A DNA stretch of 63,986 bases, filler included, from Phoronis australis (GCA_002633005.1; 8 parts of 8 records of this genome joined end to end with filler, not necessarily neighbours in it); one strand, 5' to 3'. Counted from the whole stretch's first letter, positions 37,436 to 52,669 are shown. The notes: generated by a model not told the origin, from the letters alone. A program made the numbers and translations.

Positions 37436-38325
37436 ATCCGAGGTTGGCTTTTGTCAATGACAGACGAATAAACCTGACGATGCTCGTTTGGTGCATCACA
37501 AACTCCTATCCAGCTTACTACAGAATTATCAACTTTGAACATGTTCAAACCCAGTTTATTTGCATTAGTAACTACGTCTTCATACCAGAACACGACTCTT
37601 TTATTGACAACTGCTGGATCTTTGACCGCATACTTGCGCCTGTGGCGAAAATATGTTTATGTAAACGTCTTATGCAAATTAATGTGAACCGACCTTCACA
37701 CTAAACCAAGGTGAGACCAACTGTGAAGTAATGAGTTAAATTTGACCCTCATCACTTTCGAGATGTCCAACATCATTTCACGCAATAAGTAAAACATCGA
37801 CCAAAGTTTTATTTCGGCCATTTTTAAAGCAGATGGCCGGTTTCATGAACGTTTTAAGTTGGATAACAACAATGACGTCATATCATCACGTAACGTTAGG
37901 CGATGATTGCTGAACAATGCATTGACGTCCTACAACAATCAACCTTAAACAGCGGATATAAATTAAAAAGTTTTGTACAACCCAGTCTTGGTCTCAAAAT
38001 TTTGACGTTTCACTTTATTCCACTTATCACTGGTCAGGGTGTCCCTGCGGAGTCAGGGGAGCGTTCAGTATCATAGCTGGTGTATAGAAAAGGAAGGTAT
38101 CGCCTTGTATCATGAATGAGAACACGTGACTTTTCTCGTCGCCAGACCGGTCTTACGTCTCTAACAGAATCCAATGCATTTTTGTAACTGTTCAAATGTT
38201 CAACGCTCTTGGGATATCATGTGGTGCTCCTCAGTAGGCCTACTCATGCACCCCCCCCCCGCCCCCTGTTATTTACTGTCAAAATCAATGACCTTCCGTG
38301 AGTCACCAGGCATATTGTGTTATGC
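37436..38325 (+). repeat. ~0.9-kb direct repeat, copy 2
   Basis: Near-identical to 32764-33652; ends at the contig boundary. Confidence 0.95.
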
Positions 38326-38723
38326 GNNNNNNNNNNNNNNNNNNNNNNNNNNNNNNNNNNNNNNNNNNNNTTAATTAATTAANNNNNNNNNNNNNNNNNN
38401 NNNNNNNNNNNNNNNNNNNNNNNNNNTAAGATGTGAATTTTAATCGAAGCCTCAGTGAATCACTCAGAATCTCATAATTCTCTCTTTGTCAAACCTTAAC
38501 TTGGACGATTTCCAAAGCAATCGCGTCATTATTGCCAACACAAAATAACGGATTTGGTCTTTTAGGCAATTGAAGACTATTTTAAATACAACAAATTTGT
38601 TACGAACTGATTGCACAAAATATAAAAAGTTTAATAAATAATACAAAAAGTAGTAGGTTTCGCCCGCAAACGCTGTGGACCATAAACAAGTAGGTCTCTT
38701 AGAACCAAATTATAAGCGAAATC

Positions 38724-38785
38724 GTGGTGGTGCAGTGGTACAGCATGCGCGCTCTAATCGCTAGGTTGCGAGTTCGAGTCTGTGG
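38724..38785 (+). mobile_element. tRNA-derived SINE head / tRNA pseudogene
   Basis: A box TGGTGCAGTGG and B box GTTCGAGTC; acceptor stem does not close. Confidence 0.55.
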
Positions 38786-39035
38786 TAATTGCAGTTCTTC
38801 AAGTTTGACACGTGTGTGTGTATGTTTTTTTCTTTTTTTTTGATAATACTTCAAGAATCAAGGAAAATGCTTGATTTTTAGAGGAAAAAACAGAAAAACT
38901 TGCCTGACGGGAGGAGGGCATGATATCCTAGATCCGCCACTGATAATTACGTGCACATTATTTCTTTGGCTCACTATTATAGTCTTTTCGTGACTGGAGG
39001 TTTAGTTTCCAACTCAAGCTGGTTTATGTTCGTGC

Positions 39036-39146
39036 CAGTCCCGGCGGCCGCGACGGGCCTGATAGGATTCCGAGCCAGTGCCCGGGATACCGAGTCAGTC
39101 CGGCCGCGACGGGCCTGATCGGGTTCCGAACCACTGGCCGGGATAA
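39036..39146. repeat. GC-rich ~60-bp tandem duplication
   Basis: CAGTCC..GGCCGCGACGGGCCTGAT..G.TTCCGA.CCA.TG.CCGGGATA occurs twice. Confidence 0.8.
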
Positions 39147-40740
39147 CAAGCGTTTTGTGTGTTTAGAACTAAAAAAATCGCAAGGATAAACAACACAGGT
39201 CTAGGTTCTTCTGTCTGTATTTCACGGAAGAATACTTCGAATTTATCCCCGAACAGACCCCAAACTTCTGCAACGGACTTTGGTAAATTGGCCTGCCGAA
39301 CTTTGTAGGCTACGGTGTGTCCAAATATCAATAAAACAACACGTTTTTATAAGAACTCGGTGTATTTTTAAGGGTTTTACATCGAAATTTGATGATTTAT
39401 TTGCGTTAAACGATGTATTCAAGCGACAAGCTGACACCAGTAACCAGTGTTGTGAACTGCTGAACAGACGTGTGAAATCAAAGACGTCAGTGGGTAATTT
39501 CAACACCTTCGTCTGCCGTCAGGTGTCAGGTAACGCAACCGAACGTGCCGTTATGGAGTAGAACTACTCGATTGAAATTGATACAAAATAGGTTGTTTTT
39601 TGGGTGCCATTCTCCTTCAAGACGTGTCTTTCGATCCACGATGATGTAAGTACATAACAGAGCATGCGCAGAAACGTTCTTCTCTACTTCCATACCCAAG
39701 TGTCTTTCATCTTCAATTTATGAATGATAACGTGTAAGCGTGTATATATAAAGATTATTACATGGCGAAGTCGTTATCCCCCGTTATCTAGAGACCGCGT
39801 GGCTGTCTAAGTCAGTGAATGTTTGAGTCTGAACTCGAAATTTGAGTTTTTACTCAAAATTTCGATTTTTTACGCGAGTTTGTTGCTTAAACCAAGAGGT
39901 CACCACGTGCAAACTAGAACTAACCATAATGCACTCGATCACAGAATCATAGATATTTACCTTGAGTTCGCAAAAGGGTAGCAGGACACAAAATGCCAAA
40001 AAAAACAACCCCGGGCACTGGTGTCAAAAATAAATGTTTCCCCGACGTATTCATTTTGTTCTCCCAAAGCAACGTCACTGCGTCCTTATCCTTTGTTTCA
40101 ACTGAAAATAGTTTCGACAAAACACCTGGAATTACATAGACATATCAATATATCCTCACTTACGAGCCTGAAGAAGTCATATATTGTGTAGTTAGGAATC
40201 CCCCTGACGGACATACTACTTCTTAGACTGAATTCAACCCGCCGTGACAAGCGATAGCGATAACATTTCCAACACCAGTAAGGAGACAGATTTGATCGAT
40301 TTTATGAGTGGTCTAAATTGAAAGTTTTTTGACCGACAGCGCGGGTTTGAGTAAACTTTAAAATGCAATACATCAAATTAGTGGTGGTGAATCTTTTCGT
40401 TGAAGTATTGAAGTTCCACCTCAAAACACCAACCAAAATAAAGATTTTCAATGCTGGCGCTTTCTTTTACGATTTATAAATTTCAGGATTTTGATACACG
40501 AGGGTTTAACATTTGTATTTGCACCCAACTAGTTGTGAATAAAATAGAACAGAGTCTCTGAATCGTGTACTGGTCCAACTCTAGTCCGTCGATGCAGATT
40601 AATTTTATTTGAGCTGGACAGTTTATTTGGGTTGTACTGTCACTCAAACGGGGCGTTCCATGCCTTCAAGACTACGTTTACACTCTCATACCTGTAGCAC
40701 TGGGGGCTCACTGAACTCAGTGCTTTTGTTTCGAAACCAG

Positions 40741-40924
40741 GTGCATGCATTACCACCTCCGGCCAAACCTGGACGTACAGTACAGATTCAATAAAGGATA
40801 TTCTACCCAATGACCCCAAGCGAAAGAAATTACCTCGCCCATTTACTGTGTACATGTTCGAGATGGGACAAACCGGAGTGCATGCAGCTCAAAACGAGCC
40901 GGTCAAACATGAACAGTTCAGAAA
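40741..40924 (+). CDS. Candidate internal exon of an unidentified gene
   Basis: CCAG acceptor; open frame ACITTSGQTWTYSTDSIKDILPNDPKRKKLPRPFTVYMFEMGQTGVHAAQNEPVKHEQFR; weak GTTTGT donor; family not recognised. Confidence 0.3.
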
Positions 40925-40942
40925 GTTTGTGTTTCTTCAGTT

Positions 40943-41193
40943 TTCTAACGAGTCTGACTCATAGAAATTAAGACAAGGCCTGGTCTTATTTCTAACGAGT
41001 CTGACTCATAGAAATAAAGACGAGGCCTAGTCTTATTTCTAACGAGTCTGACTCAGAAATAAAGACAAGGCTTGGTCTTATTTCTAACCAGTCGACTCAC
41101 AGAAATAAAGACAAGGCCTAGTCTTATTTCAAACGAGTCTGACTCAGAAATAAAGACAAGGCTTAATCTTATTTCTAACGCGTCTGACTCATA
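40943..41193. repeat. Minisatellite, 45-47-bp doubly palindromic unit x5.5
   Basis: TTCTAACGAGTCTGACTCA(TA)GAAATAAAGACAAGGCCTAGTCTTAT. Confidence 0.95.
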
Positions 41194-44048
41194 AAAAGGT
41201 GAGGTGTAGGAGCGAGTACTTTGAACTACCAAATTTATTTGGCCATATTCTACCTCTTCCATAGGTGCACATGTGTAAAATGTTCCTGCGTTTAATATTG
41301 CACATTTTCGTGTGGTTTGCCTCGTGAATCTGGCGAAACTGGATGACAAAATTTTGAGTTCATGATCAGCAAAAATGTCTCAAGCATTCATCTGAAACAG
41401 GCAAATCCAACAAGGTTGGTCACTCAAAAACACAAGAAATGAACAAAATAAGTCAAAATATGAGCAAAGAAGCATTTAAAAATTTTACGCTGTTACGTAA
41501 TGGTTGAATATACAACTACTTTCAATTACAGATAACAGTTTAGAGTTTTTGCCAGGTAAGTGATGAATTTAGGCTTTCAAGCTGTTTCAAGCGAAAGAGT
41601 AGAGAAAGAGCAGCGGTATGCTTCCACAGGAGTATGGAAAAGCAGGACGAATTGTGAAGCAAATTGCACAACAAGTAGTCCACAATTCTTTTAAGAGTTG
41701 AAACTTAAAAGTTGTTTTTTTCTAACGTTTACCAAAGGTCTTCACCCCACGTCACAACTAGTACATACAACAGAGTCGCAGGAAGATACAGATTTTTGGA
41801 GACACAGACAAATTCAACCTCATCAAACCCAGGCCCACTGGTCCAACAACAATTTCCTCCCTGCTCTCCCATAGCCCGACTTACACTGACGTAAAATGTA
41901 GTAATTTGCGACCTACAGTATTTACACTTTCTTTTTGGGTGAGTCACGTGAAAATAAAGTTATAATGGAACTATAAGTTGCGTTAACTCAAGTTTATTGC
42001 GATTTTACCGAGTTTTCGGAATAATTTTAACTCTAAAACTATAATTGATGTGAAAATAGATTAAAATTGATCAATTAACAAGGTATTGATAACTTATTCA
42101 TACGAATTTTGTTCATGATAAATATGCTTTCAGTGATGTTTTTCTTATAGCCTCTTAAAATTATTAAATTTCACTTGAGCAAAAGTGCAAAGTCTAGTAC
42201 ACATAACTGCTGGTTAATAAAGATAATTCTACAACTTACATCTTATTTTGCTGAACCAGTGCAATACCAGGGCAAACAGGGCAGTGAATACCTGAGATAA
42301 TAACACTCACCACTTCTTTTGTTAAGATAATGAACTATTGAATATTTAATCTAGCCATGCAAGTAGAAAATCAATTACCACGTGACAATACCCATGGAAT
42401 GTTCTCCTACTGCTCAAGGCCCATTGACTAATATACAGAATAGCATGGTTGGCACAAGATGAGTCCTTAGGCTCTAAATTCATAAGTTTGATAAAACTTG
42501 GGTTCTAGAAGAAAACTAAAAAACGTATAGAAGCCCTTCTCCATAACTTTTGATATTGGAGACTCACTGCTACAAATCTGAGGTCAGTTTCACAACACAC
42601 TCTTTCCTTTACATTCGCTAATGTAGAACACCAGATGAGTTTCGTCTATCGAAAGGCATCACTAAGATTCAAAAATTTCGTAGCTTTCAGCCCTGTTTGT
42701 GTTTTTCTTATTTTAATATTATCTTTTTCTAAAGAAAAATGGACTGAGTTTCCGCTGAAATCTCATTACATCTGGTGACAGTTGAGTTAGTACAGTCAAC
42801 TATCACTCACTGAGGCGGCCATTTTAGGTGGTGGTGCACACCAAACATTAAAATTAGATTCAGTTAAAGTCCTTATCTCAAAGGGCATTCTAGTTCAAAA
42901 ACTTAAAAACATATACCAAATTAAGTAATAAGTAACATGGCATAATGCTCACATCCTTTCCGCTATCAAACGCAAAGCCTTTTTTACCACAATTTTGTAC
43001 CTCGGCATAGAGCGGAAAATCATCGACTATTCCCGTCTGTTTCCGTGACCTTAGTTCCTGTTTGTCAGTTCAGGAACGATTCCTGAATGCCAGTCATGTT
43101 GTCATTGAAAACGTATTGGCATCACCGTGAGCGTAAATGTGTTGTTACGTTGTTTGGTTGTTTTTGATTCCCGTTTTAGTTCTTTTTATTCAAATTTGAT
43201 TATTTATGGTCCAAATTTTGCCTGTTTTTTGCACATGACGAATGGTACTTAATACATAATCATAAGTTTGTGAAGAACCGTAGCCAATGCTCGGCTACTG
43301 AGGTCAGCCCTGACTCATCGCGAGGGTACATCAAATTTCAGCAACAATACCCGTTTCGGTAATAAATTAGAGGAAAAAGTTTCTTGATCAACAAATGTCT
43401 TATCTTTATCGCCATATCTTGAAATTGATGCAAAGTACCAGACTGAAGTTAGCAATTGCCGTGTCACCGTGACTACCCGGACGTATGAGCGCAGTGCGTA
43501 ATTGGCAGCAAATCGGCACCGGCTTTACTGGCCGTTAAACATATAAAATAGAAAAAAAATCATCCACACACGGCGATGTTTCGACAAATGAAGATAAGTT
43601 TTATCTCAATACAGTGACCTAGCTCCATATCTTTGCTTGATTTTGCTGCCAGGACATAGTAATCGAAGAGGTACCGGTTATTCCCCGNNNNNNNNNNNNN
43701 NNNNNNNNNNNNNNNNNNNNNNNNNNNNNNNTTAATTAATTAANNNNNNNNNNNNNNNNNNNNNNNNNNNNNNNNNNNNNNNNNNNNGTCTGCGTCTTTA
43801 TAGCTCCTCCCTCCACTCCCACCCCCACACATTTTTGGCTGCAGAGCCGTAGTATTTGTCACCGCAGTTTACAATCACATGAGACGCCATTGAAAATCCC
43901 ACCACGCTATCCCAGATGCCCCGGCAATGTTGACAATTTACGTTCCTCCAAAACATAAAGAGCAACTTCCGCTTTTTGTTATGAATTGTCTAAGTTCAAA
44001 TTCACCCAATAACAAATGAATGCAAAGTGAACCCATGTTTCAAATTAC

Positions 44049-44153
44049 CTGTGTGATTTCTTGTATAAGTTCCTCAGACACGTCTTCGGGGAAGAACTTA
44101 GCACGGAACCGGAACTGTAGCGGCGTCTCCTTTTTGACATCTTGGCTTAAGAC
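44049..44153 (-). CDS. Ezrin/radixin/moesin (ERM) FERM-domain exon; remaining 3' exons not in contig
   Basis: [35 protein letters not shown]; AG/GTAATT sites. Confidence 0.95.
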
Positions 44154-47114
44154 CTGCCAAAAAATTATTCAAGGACATTTGTGAGTATTTACTACACACT
44201 TTAGGACATATACACTTCTAATAACTTGGCTCAAGACCAGACATTAACTACAAATTAAAGTACTTGCTTAAGTGCAAAATATGCCAATTAACCTATTCTT
44301 TCCCAAGGACACAAGGCTTTACAGTCAACAATGACAAGATAAGTCATGACGAAAATCTACTCCATCAAAACATATTATTGGCTTACACGCTGTTAAGACT
44401 TCTAGAGCAGGAACTGGAATTCATTAAGCAATATTTGTGGTAACATTCACAACAGAAACTGTGAGGTGAGTCCTAAAAGGGCAAGCAACCATTTTTGGTG
44501 TTACCTTTATAAAAAACATATCCCTAGTTGTCCGGGAAACAATTTTTTATCACAAGTACTATTCTGCTGGTCCTTGGCAAAACAATGGAAAAGTGACACA
44601 AACGGTCCAACTAAAGTACCACGTGTCTTGCACATGTGTATATTCAGTATCTAAGTGCAAACAAAATGAATGACACAAGACTTACACTTAGCAGCGTGTC
44701 AGGCTGCAGTTAACCCCAAAAATTGCTCTTTAAGATCAGCACGCATTTATATTTCAAGTCAATAAAGGTAACGCCAAAAAACATTTGCTTTCACCTAGAA
44801 AGAACACTGAGCATAGAATCAACAGGTGACACAAATGAAAAGCATGTGCACCAATACATAGAGCACCAATATATAGAGCACATATCTGGAGGTCAGCATC
44901 TGGGACATGCTACAGTGTTTATAAACCACAATAATATGTTTATAAACACAAGACACTCAGCATTTAGGACTACAGTTGTAAGATAGTAGATGGCAGCTCA
45001 TCAAGGATAGTGTTTTGAACAACTGAAATGTAATGATATACTAGACAGCAACAAGATGGTCCAACACAGTGAATACAAATATGTTTACCAGGACATTTCA
45101 ATGGCCAAAGCTTACTAGTTGAGCAGGAACAGGTTGGTTAAGCACTTCAAAACAGAACACGCAGAGAAAACAATGGGGTTAAGTCAACTGGTACCTGAAA
45201 CCAGCAGCAATTACTTAGACAAATGGTGTTGCTGACTACACCACAACAGTTATTAATGCAAATTGTTAGTGATCTCCAAGAGGTGTCAATCTGAGTAGTA
45301 AGTTTTTTCCTTGTTTTAACGAAGGGCATTTTTCTCTGATTTGTAGTAATATTATTCAATCACCTTTCATATGCTTATTGGATAACATTTGCCACCGTGA
45401 TTGACAAATCAGGGTTTAACCCATGCCCATGGTATGCCCATTGGTCGGTGCACCAATCATTCTTCGGTGCTATGTCAACTGGGTAATGTGTCTTCAGGCA
45501 TACTGAATTATCGATCAATACTTAATGACTAGATTAGAAGCTTAGAAATAAAGACAATTGAGAAACAGATGCCTCCCTAGACTGCAATGACAAATAATGC
45601 TTCCTCAGTTTCAGCTGCGAAAAGCTTCACATTAGCCAAAAAATGTTTGCACTATGAAATCTCACGTTTTATACACAGTAAAATGAGGACAACGCACGGG
45701 GAAGCCTAGATGGCAATCAACCGTGTGAAGACAATCGATGTTTCAATGGCCAAAAGGTACACCGACCGTTATCTTAGTTTAGGCAATCAAGTTGCATTGA
45801 CAAGTCTCACTAATAAAAGTTTTCAAAGAAATAATCCTGGACTTTGCCCTCTCCATCCATCCATTTTTGATACCTTCAAGTAAGTACTCATAAATAGCTT
45901 ACAACACTAACCAAGACGGACGTCCTAAAATCACATCATGAAACTGAAAATGGAGTTTCTTTCCAATTGGAAATTAGATCACTTGTTCATGAAACAAAAG
46001 ATTTTCAGAACCATGCAATCTATGCAAACCAAGGAGCTTAAACTAAAGTCGTAATACTCTTATCTCCTGTGACCACTGCTTTTCCTTGGTGTTTCATACT
46101 TTTAGATGTCTGCTACTTTGACCTATTTTGTTTAGCGTGTCCTGCAGCCTGGGATCTTACACTTTAAAAATACTTCAAACCAATAAAATCCACTTAAGAC
46201 CTGATAAGGATGTAAGTCAGCTCTGGTCATCATTTGATAGTTCTAAATTTTGTATGCCAAAGTTGTTAATTTTGTCATTCAAAGCCTAAGACTGCATCGC
46301 AATGTCATGGATAATGTTCAATTTTTAATTACTACCAACCCGTCTTATGTGGCTTTTTCCCCGAAGGTGCAAGCATGTGAAAACTGAAAAGTATACAATT
46401 CCGATAAGCAGTGCCTGTCTGTCAGACCAAATTCTTATTATTACTTTCAAGTGATTAAGATTACCTAACACTATTCCAGGCTACTGGAACAGCATGGATC
46501 ATGCAATCGTTAACAGCTCGCACACAAGTAAACTCCGCTCAGTGGCTAATAAACACAGCCCCTACTCATAAACACAATTTGTGCAACCAAAAAACATGTC
46601 TCATTACTGACTCACATGACGAAGAATTATATGCAGGACTCAGCAAAGAGTCCATGAGCTGTGTTTATAGGTGCTGGCACAGAGTTCCAAAACAGGAGCC
46701 CTGCTTTCAGGATGCAAAAGTCTTTATTTTGCGAGACAGTGCACGGAGTTTACAGGTCCAAGAACAGTGTTCATGAGTGCAGAGCTATGTTGACAAGAAT
46801 ATGAGCAGTGTTTTTAGGTGAACTGAATTTTTCTTCGTTGGACGTATAAGCAAGGCAGACGCAATAGATATTTCCCAAAAAGTCACAAATCCACACCTCG
46901 ACAGAATTACAGCACAGGTCACAAATTTTAGTCTGACCGGTCAACAACACGTCTAGCTCAATCCTACCAGAAAAGCAAAGACTTGCTAGTAGTCATTAGC
47001 ACCTTCCCAATGCTGTCGTCCCTTGGGTCAGAAATAGCAAACAAGAGGCAAATCATCACACCCTGCTGAGGTGCTTAATTCTAATGTCAGTCAGACAATG
47101 TGCCGAGAACTTAC

Positions 47115-47210
47115 TTTCTTGTTGAGTTTCAGCCAAGTGGAGTAGCCTTTGCCGTCAACATACTGGAGACCAAAAAACCAAATTTCCCTGAGACCGATAG
47201 TTTTGACAAC
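47115..47210 (-). CDS. Ezrin/radixin/moesin (ERM) FERM-domain exon
   Basis: [32 protein letters not shown]; TTTCAG/GTAAGT sites. Confidence 0.95.
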
Positions 47211-48261
47211 CTGAAATAAAAGCACGGATGTTCACAAGCAAAAATGGTTAATTTATAATACTCCTTAACCAAGGGACACTTGATATTGGCTCTACTCAAG
47301 GGCTTTTTCCAGTTCAGTCAGTGATAAGCTGACCTTTCAGTAATGATTAACAAAGGTGAGCTTTGTACCCTAAAATAACCAAAGAACACAATAAAACTTT
47401 CCGCTACTACTTGGAAAAAACAGTTTGAACATGAATAGATATTTGCCAAATATAGCACAATAGTTTCCATTCTCTTTACATACATTATTAGTTTTTAAAA
47501 GCAATTTCTCATGAGATCATGTTTCTATCCCATAACGTGCCACACATAAGCATCCCACGAGTTCTTATTTAATTCAATTTATTATTATTATTATCGTTGT
47601 TAAGTTTACAGTGCCACTAAACTAAAAATTTTCAGTGGTACTTTACAAAACATGTCAAACATTAAGATACTAAAATTACAGGCAATAAAAGCTCTCCAAA
47701 TGCATTATTTATTTCACATGCAATCACAGCAATATTGAGTACTGCCCTAGTTCAATCATTCATACAGCAATGCTACAGCCATGGCAACCACATATCATAG
47801 AAACAGCAGGAAAAAATGTAATTTACCGCTTCATTGGCATATTGGAGACCTAGTTACGAAAGGCAGGATCACCTGTCGAGTTAATGTTACCAACAGTGGT
47901 GGTCACAAGTCTGATGCCTGACAAGAATCCATTGCTTTTGTACAGTGGATAAAAAGAATTTAATTATTCGATATTTGGGTCACTGCAGCACAAACGAGTG
48001 AGCAAATTACAACATCGAAAATTTTAGTGATCCATAAAAGATGCAGCTCACAGACAGTTTCAATTCTGAACAGTGAAAATCAAAGCTTCACTGAATGCTT
48101 GAGCTGGGGACACTGACTTAAAAATTAAAACTAGATGAGAAACTTACATACTTCATAATGCAATCTAAGACTAGACTTAAAAATATCTGACAGCAGAGTT
48201 GCCTTTATAAGCCAAAAAAATAAAATAAAAACGAGGCTAAGCAGCCACTAACAAACTACAC

Positions 48262-49752
<1,491 letters not shown>

Positions 49753-50087
49753 TCATGGTCAACACCAGGTAGGCAATCCTGAAAAAGCCCCTACCAACAT
49801 AGAACCCACAGGGTGATTACACTGCCCGAAAAAGGCCCCATTTCCAACGCGGGCAAAGGTATGGAAAACATGGCAAGATGACATTATTTTCTTAACTCAA
49901 GAGTTAGGAACCATTAAAACATTAAAAGTTCATGCCTGGCTTGTCACCAATGCATTAAGCCGTAATTGTCAATTAACACAGGATAAGCTTCTCACTGTTG
50001 TTTGCCACAAAGAAACAATGAATGATGACAACTGGACAAGGCTAATTATCATATTGTCATGCCATGACTAAAGGTGTAATATAATAA

Positions 50088-50425
50088 ATGAAAGCGCTCC
50101 GAGGAGCGAACCTTGGCGAAATTAACCAAAAAGATGACGATAAAGATGATGACAAAGATGACGAATATGACGACGATGGTGAAAAAAAGAAGTATTAATA
50201 ACATACACATGGCGAACGTAGAGGTCCGAAATCAGTAAGAAAAAGGCTACAGTCTTGTGCGACACTTGGCGAAAATAACGGAAAAGACAACGACGGAGAT
50301 GATGACGAAGATGACGAAGATGATGACGAATATGATGATGGTGGTGGCGATGATGAACAACATCACAACATTCATATGACGAACTTAGATGTCATAAATC
50401 AATAAGAAATAGGCTACAGTCTAGT
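50088..50425. repeat. Two ~150-bp tandem monomers containing (GAT/GAC/GAA)n microsatellite, probably from another interspersed repeat
   Basis: CTTGGCGAAA..AAAAGA.GACGA..GATGATGAC..GGCTACAGTCT repeated at ~50112 and ~50265. Confidence 0.6.
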
Positions 50426-52555
50426 TCAAAAGAGGATATACCAACATCAATGCAGCAAGAGCGCTCAACAAAGGAACAGCGTTATCAGAAAATCTCAAAT
50501 AACTCGAAAAGTAGACGTCCTAGCGAAAAATGGAAAACATCTTCTGAAAGCCCGTTCAAAATTCTATCTAAACAGATGGTATCGCCTAATTCCGTAAATT
50601 TTTCGAAAAAAATGAAATTTTGCTTATTTTTTAAGAAATTCAAAGTCAAATAACTCGAAAANNNNNNNNNNNNNNNNNNNNNNNNNNNNNNNNNNNNNNN
50701 NNNNNTTAATTAATTAANNNNNNNNNNNNNNNNNNNNNNNNNNNNNNNNNNNNNNNNNNNNCTACTAAGCGTTCTCCCTCAACTTTTGAGAATTTCCAAT
50801 TAAGCGCCCACAGTTCAGGCTAGCACCCATCACAGCGAACTACAAACGACCGCACGTGGTTTAAAATTGACACGCAGCCTGTATAGAGTGTAGCTCTCAT
50901 TTTACACAACAAATTCAAAAAACGTCCTTTCTCAATGTAAAAACCAAATACCGGCTTTGTTTCATACCTCTGAAAGAAAGTTAACACTAGTGACATGCAT
51001 GACGTTTTGTGATTGACCTATTTTTACCGCACTTGGAAGGTATTGAGGAGCAAACTTGAGTTAACCGATGGAAACCCGCCCGGAGTCGGGAATTATTTCG
51101 AAGCTATTCATTTCATGGAAAACTAATTGTTGAGTACGCAAACAGCATAAGTGTCACATTTTTGTTGTGAAATTTGCACTGAATTGTTCCCACGCATCCA
51201 AATACGTCATTCGGTTAGGGCACCGTTTCACTGATTTTTTTCGACAGATGTTTTTCAAACGTCGAGTTAAGTTGCAAAATTTGAGCTGCGAACAAAAAAT
51301 GGAGGGAATTAGCACTCCGAGTTAGTTTGGATCTGTAACGACTTTGATGACACCCAGTAGCAGGTGAGACCTAACAAAATTGTGGATACTTTTTCAACAG
51401 ACATCTTCTCCCTTTTCACATTGAAATCTTAGCTACTCGAATGCACGTTTCAGTTAGAGAGCACTGATTCAGCTTTCACGTCGACAACTTGCCGTGTGCT
51501 CTAGAGCCTTTCAATGGCGCTCGTGAACAACAGTAACGCCGTACCTGTATGAACGAACTCAATTTTGCGATCTGCAATTTGTGAGTGTTTAACGCCTTAG
51601 GTAAGAGCATATTATTAATCTAAACATTTCTTGATTATCTAAAAAGTCAATTTTGGCGCATAAAAATGGCGAGAAAATTTTGCGACCTGACATTTATGAA
51701 TGCGAGCTGGATTTTGGAAATGCGACCTGGGATATTGGCTAGATGGCAAATTGCGACCTGGCGATTTTAATAGCGTCAAGCCCTGGTCAACAAATGCTCG
51801 TAGCTCAAGATCAGCTAACCAGCATATCATCAAATAGTGTGTGCAATTGTTCTCATTTGACAACTGATAGACTGCTGCCATGGCTTTTTAGTGTTTTTGA
51901 CATGGAATTGGTGATTTTTAAGTCTATTAAAAAACATTCCTACACCAGACCAAGGTTCTATCAAGTCATGGTTTCATAGAACAGAGCTAGCATTGGTGGT
52001 AAAAAAAATCCAATTTTGGACAGTAAAAAAATCAATTTGCTAAAGCCGGAGCTAGTACCAAAATTTTGCAATAGGCAATACTGCTCGTCTCATATTTACG
52101 AACTTTCAGAGCGACAGCAAGTTTAACCAATTCGAAAATTCTGCAATTAGACCTTGTATGATACACACCACCACGATTGCGTTGTAATGTTATAATGTTA
52201 TACTTTGTAGCATGTCGCTAGTCAGACAGATCGCCAACTTTGTGCATGAGTAATTATGTACTGTGACTACCAAACAAAGAATTTGACTGTGTAGACAGGT
52301 AAAGCACCCAAATTGAACAACCGCTTAGATCTGTGATCACTACTAATTGTTTAGACCAATCACAGTGAACCAAGTGTTAAACCTATAAGATGTCGTCATA
52401 AACACCGATATTTCCACTGATTCTTAAACGATCAACTTACCAAACTTGGCAGTGGAAAAACATGTTTGACGTCATATTACGTGCTCTGACTATCAAATTA
52501 CAATACCTGGCAACATCGCACTGGTTGATGGTCGGTATATACTACCCACACTTAC

Positions 52556-52669
52556 TGCAGTAAGTTCCGTGATCAGTGCTGAGGACTTTTCATCCTTCTT
52601 ATACGCTGCCAACAAGGCATGCTTGTTCTGGGCGTTGTCTTCACTGACTTTTTCAAATGCTTCTTGAAC
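52556..52669 (-). CDS. Coiled-coil exon, LRRCC1/CLERC-like
   Basis: TTTTCAG/GTAAGT-bounded phase-0 exon VQEAFEKVSEDNAQNKHALLAAYKKDEKSSALITELTA, recalling the LRRCC1 segment KHALIWAQRKENESSSLIKDLT (from memory; single exon). Confidence 0.55.

Noticed and set aside
38724-38785. Functional tRNA gene
   Set aside because: A and B boxes present but acceptor and anticodon stems do not pair; treated as SINE or pseudogene
50130-50360. Poly-Asp coding exon
   Set aside because: Stops in frame, no splice context, lies in tandem repeat monomers
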